From the human T2T-CHM13v2.0 reference genome, Homo sapiens, in assembly GCF_009914755.1 (NCBI RefSeq), contig NC_060943.1: a DNA stretch of 64,000 nt; one strand, given 5' to 3'. A model generated the notes under the pieces. That model had not been told where the DNA came from and made no database searches. It saw nothing but the letters and a program-made list of their open reading frames with translations. Positions within the stretch are counted from its first letter, which is position 1, and each line of letters begins with the position of its first letter. The position numbers were made by a program, and so were the translations under genes. This document shows, one piece after another, positions 40,184 to 53,102 of this stretch.

Positions 40184-41605
40184 GTGGGGAGAAGGGTCTG
40201 GCTCCAGGGCCAGGCTGGTGGGCGGGGTGGGAGAGGATGTGGGTAGGCCTTAGGAACCCCTGGCACCCAGGCAAGGTGATATTGGTTAAGCCTTGCCTTG
40301 GGAATCTTCCCTGTTGGGGTTTGTATCATTTAGTATTGTGTTTGGCTACAAGTAGCAGAATAACCATCACCAGTGCCCTAAACAAACAATACATCAAACA
40401 AATAATACGTCACGTAACAAGATGTCTAGGTAGGTGTCTGCCACCTGTTTAACAGTTCCACTAGGGACTCAAGCTCTTTCTTTTTTATTTTTTTCCTTTT
40501 ACTGTCGTTAATGTGTTGGCTTTTTTTTTTTTGAGATGGAGTCTCACTGTCTCATCCAGGCTGGAGTGCAGTGGTGTGATCTTGGCTCACCGCAACCTCT
40601 CCCTCCCAGGTTCAAGCAATTCTTGTGCCTCAGCCTCCAGAGTAGCTGGGACTACAGGCACCCACAACCACGCCTGGCTAATTTTTGTATTTTTAGTAGA
40701 GACGGGGTTTTGTCATGTTGCCCAGGCTGGTCTTGAACTCCTGGCCTCAAGTGATCCTCCTGCCTCAGCCTCTCAAAAGTACTGGGATTACAGGCATGAG
40801 CCACCACGCCCGGCTTGGCCTTTTGACTTCATCTTTATCTCTTCATGGCCACAAAATAGCTGCTGGATCCTCCAGACATTGCATCTATATCAAGGCAGGA
40901 AGAAGAGGGACAGGGCTGAGTTTGTTAATTGCCTTTGCTGTTTTTATCAGGAAAAAAAAAAGTGTTCCCAGAAGACTCCCAACAGATTTCCTGTAATATG
41001 TGGCCAGAGGTGGTCACATGCAAGGGATGCTGGGAAAATGAATATCTGGCTTTCTAGCCTTTATAGGGGGAGGGTAGCAAGAGAGTTGGAAATGGCAGTT
41101 GTGTAGCTAGGTGACCGTGTCTGTCCCATGTGTTAGTAGCCACTGGATTTCTTAGTGGAAAGTTACCAATCCTCTGTGAATAGCATCTCATGGGGCCGTT
41201 AATCACAATGGCTCACCTTTCCCCAGCCAAGCCAGGGTCACCCAGGCCAGGCCAACCAGAATGCCCCGCTGTGGCATCTGAATTAGGATTGCGTTTGGCT
41301 GCAAGTAACATGATACCAGCATTCCCTTCATCAGCAGTGGGTGACAAGGAAGTTCCCCCAGACTACACCAGGGCTGCCAATCCCAGTGGTCCCCAAATTG
41401 TTATATAAGAGGCTTTCACAGGTGGTGACTGGAACAAGGGGTCCGGGTACAGGGAGGGGCCTTGAGGATGTGCTCATAAGCCTCTAGGACAGTGCAGTTT
41501 TTGGAATTGTGTGTTTTCGTACTCTGTGGCTCTCAGAGGCTGCTGTTTACCCTCAGGTGCATTCTTGGCCTCTGAGATGCCACGGTTTTAATCCTCCCTC
41601 CTCAG

Positions 41606-42220
<615 letters not shown>

Positions 42221-43369
42221 TAGTGGTGACCAAGACTATCTTGGCACTGCCCTCCTGGGACTCTGAGTCCAGGGAGGGAGGCAGATGTGTTTGCAGACAG
42301 TGAAGGCTCTGGGTGGGGTACCTGACCCTGCCTGGTATGGGAGGGGTGTTCTTGGCAAAGGGAGCAGCATGTGCAAAGGTTGGGGGGAGGTCGAGCTCTA
42401 TGTAGGCGAATCCACCTTCATGGGGTGCACCTTTTGTGCTAGCCCCTCCCTGCCACTCACGTAGTGCCCAGCCCTGGGGGAGATGGGTGCTAAGTATATA
42501 ACCACCTGAGTATATCATTACAGATGGAGATGAGTAGGGCAGGAAAGGGAGCCTGTGCTGTGGGAGGCTGTCACAGGACTCCACTGGGGTGTAGGGTGGG
42601 TCAGGCCCAGGGGCTGGGGAAGTGTTGTAGGCAGAGGGAACAGCCTGGGCAAAGTCCTTGTGTTAGGTGGGAATGCGGTGAGAACAAGGGAATGAATGAA
42701 GTGAAAGAAGCAAAGGCCTTTGGCGTATATATTCATGCCTGCCTTGTGCTTGGTTCTGTTGGGGAGACGAATCTGGGGCTTGATCGCTACCGGGAAGAGG
42801 CCTGGCTCGTTGGGGAGGACTAATAATATTTTTAGTAATAATATTACCAGTAACTAATATTTATTGAACATTTAACTATATGCCAGGGCTGCTCTGTGCT
42901 TTATGATTAAATTCATTTTATCCTCACAGCCACCCTACAAGGTAGGCACTGCTATTATCACCGTTTGACAGAGGCCCAGAGAAGTTAGGGAACTTGGCGC
43001 AGGTCACACAGTGGGTAATATGGCTAGGCTGGACCTTAGATCCAGGCAGCCAGCGCCGAGCCTCTGTTGTTTCCCCAGCTGTTTGCACTGTTGGTGGCTG
43101 CAAGCCCAGGACAGAGCGCTAAGTGCTGACCCGGAGGACCAGTCCTTATGGGAGCTCATGGGGCTGGGGAACCCCGCCGGTCTTCGGAGGAGCTCGCCTG
43201 TGTACGGCTGGGCCGAGGAAGGCCGCAGTGGGGAGGCCAAAATTTATCCTCAGGATCTGCTCTCAGGCTGTGTGTGTGTGCGCGCGCGCGCGTGCGCGCG
43301 CGTTTGCTCTGTCTCAGGCTGTGTGTGTGTGTTTCTAGGTTTGTGTTTCTGGGTGTGTGTTTCCCAAGA

Positions 43370-43388
43370 TGGCCACAAGGTGGCGCCC
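43370..43388 (+). promoter_or_regulatory. CTCF motif overlapping a YY1 motif
   Basis: TGGCCACAAGGTGGCGCCC closely matches the CTCF core; CAAGATGGCC (43365-43374) matches YY1. Confidence 0.7.
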
Positions 43389-45115
43389 TCCACCCTTTGG
43401 AACCAACCACAGGAGCCTTGAGATCCCACCGCTGCTCAGTGGCTTCTTATCTTCCTCTTCCCAGCCAGGAATTAGGGAGTTTGGGAAGGTTCTGAGATTT
43501 ATTCATTCATTGAGCCAACATTTATGGAGTTCATACTGTGCCAGGCACACTGCCTGACGCTAGTTAATGTTTATTATGCTAGACATTGTCTAAGCACTGT
43601 GGATAGATTCTTACAGCCTAACAGGCGGGCATTCTTATTATCGTCCCTCTTCACAGATGAGAAAAGATGGCCTGAGGCTCAGAGATGTGAAGTGAAACTG
43701 CCCAGGGCCACCCAGCTTGTTAACAAGTGGAATAGAGTTGAATGCAGGGCGCCCGGCCACGCAGCCTGGGGTCCTGTGCAGTGAACCAGACAGGTGGAGG
43801 CTCTGCCCCCAGAAAGGTGGGATCCACATGGGAAACGGACACTCCTCTACATGCCAGGTCTGCCAGGGCTGGTGCTAGGAAGGAAAGGTATAGAGGGCTG
43901 GGAGAGCGGAGAACGTCAGGGGCAGGTAGGCTTCCCGGATGAGTGGAGTCGTTCTTGCCAGGAGAAGAGGGAGAGAAGGTTCTGGGAGGTGAGAACTGCA
44001 TCTGGCTGGAGCCTGTGGGAGAGGGAGGCAGGAGGAGAGGAGGGGAGAAGTCAGATGGGCAGGGGCTGAATAGAAAGGAAAGCTCCTTGTTAGAGAGTGT
44101 GGGGAACCACGGATTTTAAGAAGGATTTATTAGGAAAAATTCCAGCACCACAAAAGTAAACAGTAGTATAATTTGCACGTACTTGTCCCCCAGCTTCAAC
44201 AGTTACCCACGTTTGCCCATCTTGTTTGATGTACTGCCACCCCCTGCCCTGTAGCAAATCCCAGTCTTCGTGTCTCCTCTGTAAAAGCATCAGTGTGTAT
44301 CTTTAACACATAAGGATATAAGTGCTGCCATCACATCCAACAAAATTCACAAAAATTCCAGGATGTCATCTGAAACCCACTGCGTATGCGTTCACACTTA
44401 CACTTCTCTGATCACCTCTCAAATGTCTTTTTTGCAAGTGGTTTGAATTCGTCCTGTATCTAAATACGGCTGCACATTGCAGTTTGTCGAGGTCTTTCTT
44501 TTCTTTTCTTTCTTTCTTTTTTTTTTTTTCAGTCTTGCTCTGTTGCCCAGGCTGGAGTGTGGTGGTACGATCTTGGCTCGCTGTGTCCTTACCTCCTGGG
44601 CTCAAGCGATTCTCCCACCTCAGCTTCCTGAGTAGCTGAGACTACAGGCACATGCCATCATGCCCAGCTAATTTTCATATTTTTTTATAGAGACAGGGTT
44701 TGCCTGTGTTGCCCAGGCTGATCTTGAACTTCTGAATTCAAGCCATCCACCTGCCTTGGCCCCCCAAAGTGCTGAGATTACAGGCACGAGCCACTGAGCT
44801 TGGCTGATGTATTTCTTAAATCTCTTTTAATTTATATCCCCCTCTCCACTTTTCATGCTACTTATTTGTGGAAGAAATCAGGTTATTTGTCCTGTAGAGT
44901 TTTGCAGTCTAGATTTTGCTGAATTTTTCCCTAGCAAGCATACTCAGATGGAAAAATGAAAAATAGATTTTGCTGATTATATCGCCATGGTGTGTTTAAT
45001 GTCCTTCTCTGTCCCCTGTACTTGCAGTGAAGTGGTGGCTAACCCTATATAGGTTTAATCACATGTGGGGTAGGTTTTGGCAAGATGCCTCCTTTGGTGG
45101 TGTTGAGACTGATGA

Positions 45116-45471
<356 letters not shown>

Positions 45472-45900
45472 TGATCTCGAACTCTCGACCTGTCTCAAGT
45501 GATCCACCTGTCTCAGACTCCCAGAGTGTTGGAATTACAGGTGTAAGCCACCGTGCCTGGCCTATTTTTCTTTTTTTAAAAATTTTGTGAGCAGTGAGGA
45601 GTTCCAGGGCAGGCCCTGACTCCTCCAGACACACCACTTACACCTGAATCTCTGGGATGGGACCCGTCCCTCCTGCCCAAGAGTCCCACTGCTTCCACTA
45701 CTTAACTTTCTTGTTGTGAAAAATAATATACTCCAAAGAGTATAAAATATAAATGTACGGTTTCACAAATTATCATAAAGCCAGCGTACATGTAACAACT
45801 ACCCAGGTTAAAAAATTGAGGCTGGGCTCTGTGGCTCACGCCTGTAATCCCAGCACTTTGGGAGGCCGAGGCGGGTGGAACACCTGAGGTCAGGAGTTCA

Positions 45901-46095
<195 letters not shown>

Positions 46096-47208
46096 CTATG
46101 TGGGAAAAAAAAAAAGGAGAAAAAATCAAAAGTAGTCATTTCCCCATAGCCTCCGTACGTCTTTTTCCGGGAGAGACCCTCCTGCCCCAACCATGCTCCC
46201 AAATGCACCAGATCTCACTCACTTGATTTGCTTATGGTTTTGCCAGCTGAACTATGCATCCCTAAACAATATAGTTTAGTTGTATCTCTTTTTGCACTTA
46301 ATTTAATTTTTTTTTTTTTTTTTAAGAGACAGAGTCTTGCCCTGTCACCCAGGCTAGAGTGCAGTAGTGCAGTCATGGCTCACTGTCAACTCAGACTCCT
46401 GGGTTCAGACAACCTTCCTGCCTCAGCCTTCCCAGTAGCTGGGACTACAGGCACATGGCACCATGCCAAGCAATTTTTTTTTTTTGAGACAAAGTCTTGT
46501 TCTGTCCCCCAAGCTGGAGTGCAGTGGTGCAATGTCAGCTCACTGCAATCTCTGCCTTCTGCCTCCTGGGCTCAAGCGATTCTCCTGCCTCAGCCTCCTG
46601 AGTAGCTGGGATTACAGGTGCCCCCCACCAGACCTGGCTAATTTTTTTTTTGAATTTTTAGTAGAGAGGGGGTTTCACCATATTGGCCAGGCTGGTCTTG
46701 AACTCATGACCTCAGGTGATCTGCCTGCCTTGGCCTCCCAAAGTGCTGGGATGACAGGCATGAGCCACTGTACCTGGCTGCAAGCTAATTTTTGTAGAGA
46801 TGGGGATTTACCTTGTTGCCCAGGCATGTCTCAAACTCTTGGGCTCAAGGTATCTGTCCGCCTTGGCCTCCCAAAGTGCTGGGATTACAAGTGTGAGCCA
46901 CCACACTTGACCTACTTATATGTCTTTTCTTGTGATGAAAATCTTAGTTTCTAGGGATAATAACATATTTATTTGCTTTATCTTAAACAATACCAGTGTA
47001 ATTACTAATAATTGAATTTTGAATGAAGTTTAACATTTCCAGGGCTGGGTGCGGTGGCTCACGCCTGTAATCCCAGCACATTGGGAGGCTGAGGCGGGCA
47101 GATCATGAGGTCAGGAGTTTGAGACCATCTTGGCCAACATGGTGAAACCCCGTCTCTACTAAACATACAAAAATTAGCCAGGGTTGGTGGTGGGCGCCTG
47201 TAATCCTA

Positions 47209-47319
<111 letters not shown>

Positions 47320-48503
47320 TCAGAAAAAAAAAAAAAAGATTTCTTTGCAGTTCTTTTTGGCCTTAGGCTATATCCCGCTTGCTCAAATGATGTGTTTTAG
47401 TCACCTCCTATAATTCTCCAATGTGCCACCAACTTTGATATAGAGTTAGGTCTGTTTGGGCCAGTTTCTTTTAAAATTTTTGTGATGGCATTTGTTAAAA
47501 TTTAATTAATTAATTTGTATAAAATATTTTTATAGTTCCAAAACTGAAAAAGAGGGTACATTCAGAGAGGTCCAATTTCTTACATTTTTTAAAAAATTAT
47601 TTTTACTTCTGGTTTTCTTATTTTTTTGAGATGTGATCCACCTGCCTCGGCCTCCCAAAGTGCTGAGATTACAGGCATGAGCCACTTTGTCCAGCCAGAG
47701 AAGTCCAATTTCTGTTCATTTTCCCCTTCCCCATAAATAATCCTTTTTTTCCCCATAGATTTTGGTTTATTCTGTAATTTTGAAAATATAAACATATAAT
47801 TTATAATTCTCGTTTCTTTTATGAAAAGGGACATTCTGAACATACTGTCTGCACCGCACTGTGTCACAGCAGTCACTCGGTGACAGGACACAGAGATACT
47901 CTACTTTCCTCTTTATAGTTTTGTGGGACTCAATTGAGTAGATGTATTAGAAATTCAATTAGTTCTCTTTTAACATACATTTTGGTTATTTCCACTCTTT
48001 TGCTATTACAGATTGTGCTGCAATGAATAGCCTTGTGTATACATTTTCTCAAGGAAGGGTTTTGAGCATGGTAGTTACCTGATCAAATTTGTATTGTAGA
48101 GGATTTCGTGACTGGGAGACTGGCCTGGCGAGGTGGGAGGAGGAGGGAGGCAGTGCTAGGCTTTCAGGGTGTGTACAGATTGATGAAATCGTTTAGAATT
48201 GGAACTCACATGGCTGTGTTCCCACTCCTTCACCCGCACCAGGGGGAGGAGTGTGTGTGTGTGTCCTGTGCGTGGTGGGGTCATGTCCTCTTCGTGAGGT
48301 GCATGGGGGTGATGTGACCACATCCCTCCTCACACGTCGCAGGGGATATGATAGGACCCTGCCCCTCCCCATGGGGTCAGTTGAGACTGATGAGCCGTGT
48401 ACCCCCTTCCGGGGAGGTGAAATGATGAGGCGTCCCACCCCCATGGAGTAGTGGGAATGGGGCCATGCCTCTCTCTCCAGCGCTCTCTCCGCGTCTTCCC
48501 CAG

Positions 48504-48714
48504 GGTGTCGCGCCTGGCGTCCGAGAAGCGGGAGCTGGAGGCGCAGCTGGGCCGATCGCGCGAGGAGGCGCTGGCCGGGCGCGCGGCACGCCAGGAGGCC
48601 GAGGCGCTGCGCGGGCTGGTGCGCGGGCTGGAGCTGGAGCTGCGGCAGGAGCGCGGCCTCGGGCACAGGGTGGCCGGCCGTCGCGGCCAGGACTGCCGCC
48701 GTCTGGCCAAGGAG
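48504..48714 (+). CDS. CCDC61: CCDC61 exon 6 (coiled coil)
   Basis: VSRLASEKRELEAQL...RRLAKE; 211 nt; donor GTGAGC. Confidence 0.93.
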
Positions 48715-48799
48715 GTGAGCAGCGGGGGCCCGGGGCGGCCAGCGAGGCGCGGACCTCGGCCTCAGCCTGGACCTCCGCGCCCCTCTCCCCTCCCGGCAG

Positions 48800-48882
48800 C
48801 TCGAGGAGGCGAAGGCATCGGAGCGGAGCCTGCGCGCCCGGCTGAAGACGCTGACCAGCGAGCTGGCATTGTACAAGAGGGG
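48800..48882 (+). CDS. CCDC61: CCDC61 exon 7
   Basis: LEEAKASERSLRARLKTLTSELALYKRG; 83 nt. Confidence 0.93.
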
Positions 48883-49508
48883 GTGAGAGCGAGGCCTGCC
48901 AGGCGCCTGGGCGGATGGGCGGGCCCTGAGGGTGTGGAGGCTGATGAGGCGGAGCCTAAGGGGGCGGGGCGGGGCCAGGTAGGGTGGAGGGGGCGGGGCT
49001 GAAGGGGAGGCGGGGCTTAGCGGACCCCGTCTGGAGTCCAGACAGGATTTGGGTGCAGTGGTTAGGAGGTGGACCCGGGCTGTGCGGAGATGCGCAGGCT
49101 TGGGGCGGCGTTCAGGAGGGACTGGGAAAGGGATCGTGCCCTAGGGTCTCCTGGTGCGAAAGGGTGCGGCGCAGCAGGTGGGATCAGGGTGAGGTCCGCT
49201 GGCATTTATGGGGTGGGTGGTGGAAAATTGGAAAGAGTTTCCGGGGAGTTGTGGAAGACTCCGGAAAGAAGGGTCTGTTGAAGGCGGTGTGTTGAAAGGA
49301 TGTAGGGGAATGACAGAGGGGTGTTTTAGGGGTCCAATTGGGTGAGGTCTGGGGGGGAAGATATCGAGAGGGTCATGGGCCCAGGAGTGCACGTCTAGGA
49401 GTTGATGGGGTAGGCCTGAGGGTTCGGAGAAGGTGCGGTCGGGGAGGAGTCTCGCGATTGAGTTTGTCGGGGCGGGCGGGAAGCTGACAGCTGCCTCTGT
49501 GGTCTCAG

Positions 49509-49678
49509 GAGGCGGACTCCGCCGGTGCAGCCGCCCCCGACGCGGGAGGACCGGGCCTCATCGTCCCGGGAGCGCTCCGCGTCGCGAGGCCGCGGCGCCG
49601 CGCGCTCCTCATCCCGGGAGAGCGGCCGCGGGAGCCGGGGTCGGGGCCGCCCTGCGCGCCCCTCGCCCTCGCCCACAG
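49509..49678 (+). CDS. CCDC61: CCDC61 exon 8 (Arg/Ser/Gly-rich)
   Basis: RRTPPVQPPPTREDRASSSRERSASRGRG...SPSPTG; 170 nt. Confidence 0.92.
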
Positions 49679-49772
49679 GTCTGTGCCCCTGCCCTGCGGT
49701 AGGGAGGGGACGCACTGGCGCTGCCAAGGCCCGTCTCCGGACCTAGCCGCCTCCTCTCCCACGCCGTCCTAG

Positions 49773-49848
49773 GTGGTCGCGCGCTCCGCTTCGACCCCAC
49801 GGCCTTTGTGAAAGCCAAGGAAAGGAAGCAGAGAGAGATCCAGATGAA
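49773..49848 (+). CDS. CCDC61: CCDC61 exon 9
   Basis: GRALRFDPTAFVKAKERKQREIQMK; 76 nt; donor GTCAGT. Confidence 0.92.
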
Positions 49849-50148
49849 GTCAGTGCCCCTTCCTCCCTCACCTGCCCCTGTCCCTGGCCCGTGCCCGCTC
49901 CCGGGCTCTCATCTCTCCACGCCACCATCAGTCTCCATCCCCTGCCACCTGCTCGCTTCTCGCCGGATACCCCGCCTGCTCTCCCTTCCGTCCGTCCTAC
50001 CTCCTCGTCTGTGTTTCTGCGTGCTTTCCGCTCGTAGGCCTGTCACCTCAGGCTTTCGCTGGCGTGGCTGTGACCTTTAGGGGCGCAGTGACCCCCTTGC
50101 CTGCAGGAGTTGGGCGTACAGACCGGCGTCTCCTTTCTTTTTTCCCAG

Positions 50149-50288
50149 GCAGCAGCAGCGGAACCGCTTAGGCAGTGGGGGAAGCGGGGACGGTCCGTCC
50201 GTCTCCTGGTCTCGCCAGACCCGGCCCCCTGCTGCCTTGACTGGCCGAGGGGACGCCCCTAACCGCTCCCGAAACCGCAGCTCCTCAG
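50149..50288 (+). CDS. CCDC61: CCDC61 exon 10
   Basis: QQQRNRLGSGGSGDG...RNRSSS; 140 nt; polypyrimidine acceptor, donor GTAACT. Confidence 0.92.
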
Positions 50289-50445
50289 GTAACTGGCCTG
50301 GAGCTGGGGGCTGCCGGGCTAGGCGGGACTGGGCGGGGCTGGGCGGGCTGGGAGGCACTGGGCAGGGCGGGCGGGCTGGGAGGGCCTGGGAAGCACTGGG
50401 CGGGGCCAGCGAGGGCCAGCGGTCACGCCCTCCGTCTCCCTCTAG

Positions 50446-50524
50446 TGGACAGTTTCCGCAGCCGCTGCTCGTCTGCCAGCTCCTGCAGCGATTTGGAGGA
50501 TTTCTCTGAGTCGCTCTCCAGAGG
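50446..50524 (+). CDS. CCDC61: CCDC61 exon 11
   Basis: VDSFRSRCSSASSCSDLEDFSESLSRG; 79 nt. Confidence 0.92.
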
Positions 50525-50701
50525 GTAAAACTTGAACTTGGGAAAAGGATCGCCTCCAAAGGGTTTCTGGGGAGACTAGAAACAGTCTTTTGCAGGGAAA
50601 TTGGGTGATGGAGCCTGGGGGCCTTGAAACCACAAAGGTCGGGGAGGTGGGAAGTACCAGAGCCTCCCCACCACTGGTCCTTGGTTACTCCTTTTTCTCA
50701 G

Positions 50702-50759
50702 GGGTCACCGCCGCCGTGGGAAGCCTCCCAGCCCAACGCCCTGGAGTGGGTCCAATATG
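50702..50759 (+). CDS. CCDC61: CCDC61 exon 12
   Basis: GHRRRGKPPSPTPWSGSNM; 58 nt; donor GTGAGT. Confidence 0.9.
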
Positions 50760-51532
50760 GTGAGTAGAAGGGGCAACATAAACCACTGGAACACAGCTGC
50801 CCCCATTTCCTGTGATTCCTTCCTGGGGATCAGGTGCAGAGGCGACTCTGAATGCCTTTGGCAATAGGGCTTTTTTAAGAGTGCGTCTCGCTCTTTCAGG
50901 CTGGGGTGCAGTGGGGCAATTGTACCTCACGGCAGCTTTCAACTCCTGGACTCAAGAGACCCTCCCACCTCGGCCTATGGAGTAGCTGGGACTAGGCTTT
51001 TTTGGGGGGGCAGGGTGGGGTTGAGACAGGATAAGGGGGTGGTATTGTCTCTTTATGTTGCCCAGGCTGGTCTGGAACTCCTGGCCTCAAGCCATCCTCA
51101 GCCTCCTACAGCGCTGGAGTTACAGGCTGGGCCAGCGCACCTGGCCTGGGAACAGCACGTTTTGAGAGCATTAGATTGGAGAAGGAATAATGAGGGGCAC
51201 GTGATGCTCTTTAGGGCTTTGGCTTCTGACTGTCAGGTCTTGAAACCTGTCTCCTCCTCTTCCCAGCTGTATGGTTCAAGGCAGTTCTTTAGCCTCTCTG
51301 TACCTTAGTTTTTGTTTATCAGTTAACCAGGGTTGGTAATGGCATCACCTCACATGTGAGGTGAGGGCTCTGTGAGGACATTAGGAGGTTATTTTGCAGA
51401 TAATGAATGGCCAGTAGGTGTCAGGCCTTATTTTTCCCCAAGGTCCTTAGGCTCAGGATTTCCAGTGGGATTTAGGGGGACAGAAATAGAGGGACGGTGG
51501 GTGACCCCCTTTCCTACCTTCCCCATCACCAG

Positions 51533-51605
51533 AAGTCTCCCCCCGTGGAACGCAGCCACCATCAGAAATCTCTGGCCAACTCCGGGGGCTGGGTCCCCAT
51601 CAAAG
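51533..51605 (+). CDS. CCDC61: CCDC61 exon 13
   Basis: KSPPVERSHHQKSLANSGGWVPIK; 73 nt. Confidence 0.9.
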
Positions 51606-51744
51606 GTGAGCCTGGGACTCCACATCCCCTCTCCCAGCCCCAGGACCCGTTGGAATGGTAGTGCGGGCAGTGGTATATTGGGCCCAGGAACTCCCTGGGG
51701 CTTCAGGCCCCTCACAGCCCCCATACCCACACCTGCTCTCACAG

Positions 51745-51842
51745 AGTACAGCTCGGAGCACCAGGCGGCTGACATGGCCGAAATAGACGCACGCCTGAAG
51801 GCCTTGCAGGAGTACATGAACCGACTGGACATGCGGTCATAA
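51745..51842 (+). CDS. CCDC61: CCDC61 last coding exon
   Basis: EYSSEHQAADMAEIDARLKALQEYMNRLDMRS-TAA. Coding exon lengths sum to 1539 nt (512 aa) with all phases consistent. Confidence 0.95.
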
Positions 51843-52048
51843 CGTGGAGAAGGGGTACTACCCCTCCATCCCCCACCCACTTGCTGGGTATGGTGTGGGG
51901 GGTGGGGCCAGGGTGGCCTCCAGCCCTGCCCAGTCCCTGCCCTGGCCCCGTCCCTCCTGCTGCCCCTGGGGTCTCAGGTGTGTGAGGCCCTGACCCTGCC
52001 CTCTCCCCAGGCAGTGCATGCTGGGAGGGAGGATGTGTGCATTTTGTA

Positions 52049-52054
52049 AATAAA
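52049..52054 (+). terminator. CCDC61 polyadenylation signal
   Basis: AATAAA about 207 nt after the stop codon, preceded by a TGTA element. Confidence 0.85.
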
Positions 52055-52386
52055 CATATTTGCCCTGGGGACCCCTCAGCTTATGACTAAAGGGTGAGGG
52101 TGGAGTGGGGAGAAATGTGGAGGAAGAGAAATTGGGGGGTATAATTGGGACCTGTGTGTCTGTGCCTCGGAGGCAGATTGGGACTCAGGCCTAGGAAAAG
52201 CTTGTACACTCTCTAAACAGTGCAAGGGCAGACCTGGGAGGAGTAGTGAGCAGCCCGTCCCTAAAGGAGTCCAAGCAAAGTTTCTGCGCAGGATGCCTTT
52301 GGCTGTGTGGTGGGAAGGAGGTGTCTTGCAGCGTGGTTCACTGCCCAGGAGGACCCCCAGGACCCACTGTTGGTGACATCCCGGCC

Positions 52387-52504
52387 GCCTTGGTGCTGAT
52401 TCCTGGGCTCTGACCTGAGACCTCTGGGTTCTGAGCTGTGATGTTGCTCTCGAGCTGGGATCTCCGGGGTCTTGGTTCAGGGCCGGGGCCTCTGGGTTCC
52501 AAGC
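52387..52504 (+). ncRNA. MIR769: pre-miR-769 hairpin (5p 52416-52437; 3p 52455-52477)
   Basis: Contains the recognised mature sequences UGAGACCUCUGGGUUCUGAGCU and CUGGGAUCUCCGGGGUCUUGGUU, and the two arms base-pair. Confidence 0.93.
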
Positions 52505-52621
52505 ACCAGTGAGGAGAGTGCTGGGAGGGGAAGGGGTGGGAGGGCTTTGGTCTTGTGGGAGGGAGAGAAGGAGGGGAGGTGTGTGGTGGGACCTGCTGAG
52601 GAACACATTTTGAGCTACATC

Positions 52622-52627
52622 TTTATT
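52622..52627 (-). terminator. PGLYRP1 polyadenylation signal
   Basis: TTTATT on the plus strand (AATAAA on minus), about 65 nt after the stop codon. Confidence 0.85.
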
Positions 52628-52692
52628 GGAGAAGGAGACAGTGGGGTTTTTGGCCATGGGAGGGGAGGAATGGGGTGCGGATCAGCAGGGCC

Positions 52693-52874
52693 TCAGGGGG
52701 AGCGGTAGTGTGGCCAATTCTGGATGAGGTGGTAGAGCTGGTTGCCTGGAGAGAGTGTACGCTGCACATCCCGGTGTCCTTTGAGCACATAGTTGGACCT
52801 CAGGGCTCCCTGAGCCACACCGCAGGCCAGTAGACCCTGGGCTGCCCGGATGGCCTGGGGTGTGGGCACCCGAT
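52693..52874 (-). CDS. PGLYRP1: PGLYRP1 exon 3
   Basis: [20 protein letters not shown]...[32 protein letters not shown]; 182 nt. Ser in place of the Zn-ligand Cys (TLSPG) fits a non-amidase PGRP. Confidence 0.96.
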
Positions 52875-52980
52875 CTGGAGGAGGCAGAGGTAGGAGTCAG
52901 GCAGGGGCTTCCCCGAAGGGGAAGTGATAGCGTAGGGCCCCGTGTCAGCCCCCATCCCAACTGGCTGGACAGTCACTCAC

Positions 52981-53102
52981 CCATGTAGTTGCCCATGAAG
53001 CTGATGCCAATGGACATGGGGTTCCATAAGTGACCTGAGTGGGCACCCGTGAAGTTCCAGCCACGGCCCTCGTATACGAGCCCGTCTTCTCCAATCAGGA
53101 AG
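52981..53102 (-). CDS. PGLYRP1: PGLYRP1 exon 2
   Basis: [22 protein letters not shown]...[11 protein letters not shown], the PGRP signature; 122 nt; CAG/GTGAGT boundaries. Confidence 0.96.

Larger units (their letters stand above)
48480..50480. promoter_or_regulatory. Intragenic CpG island over CCDC61 exons 6-11
   Basis: High CpG density in exons and short introns; tandem GC boxes at 48960-49020. Confidence 0.75.

Noticed and set aside
48193-48876. 227-aa minus-strand ORF
   Set aside because: Antisense shadow of the GC-rich CCDC61 exons 6-7.
52076-52657. 193-aa minus-strand ORF downstream of PGLYRP1, across MIR769
   Set aside because: It starts just before the PGLYRP1 poly(A) signal, so most of it lies beyond the mRNA end; no domain-like content.
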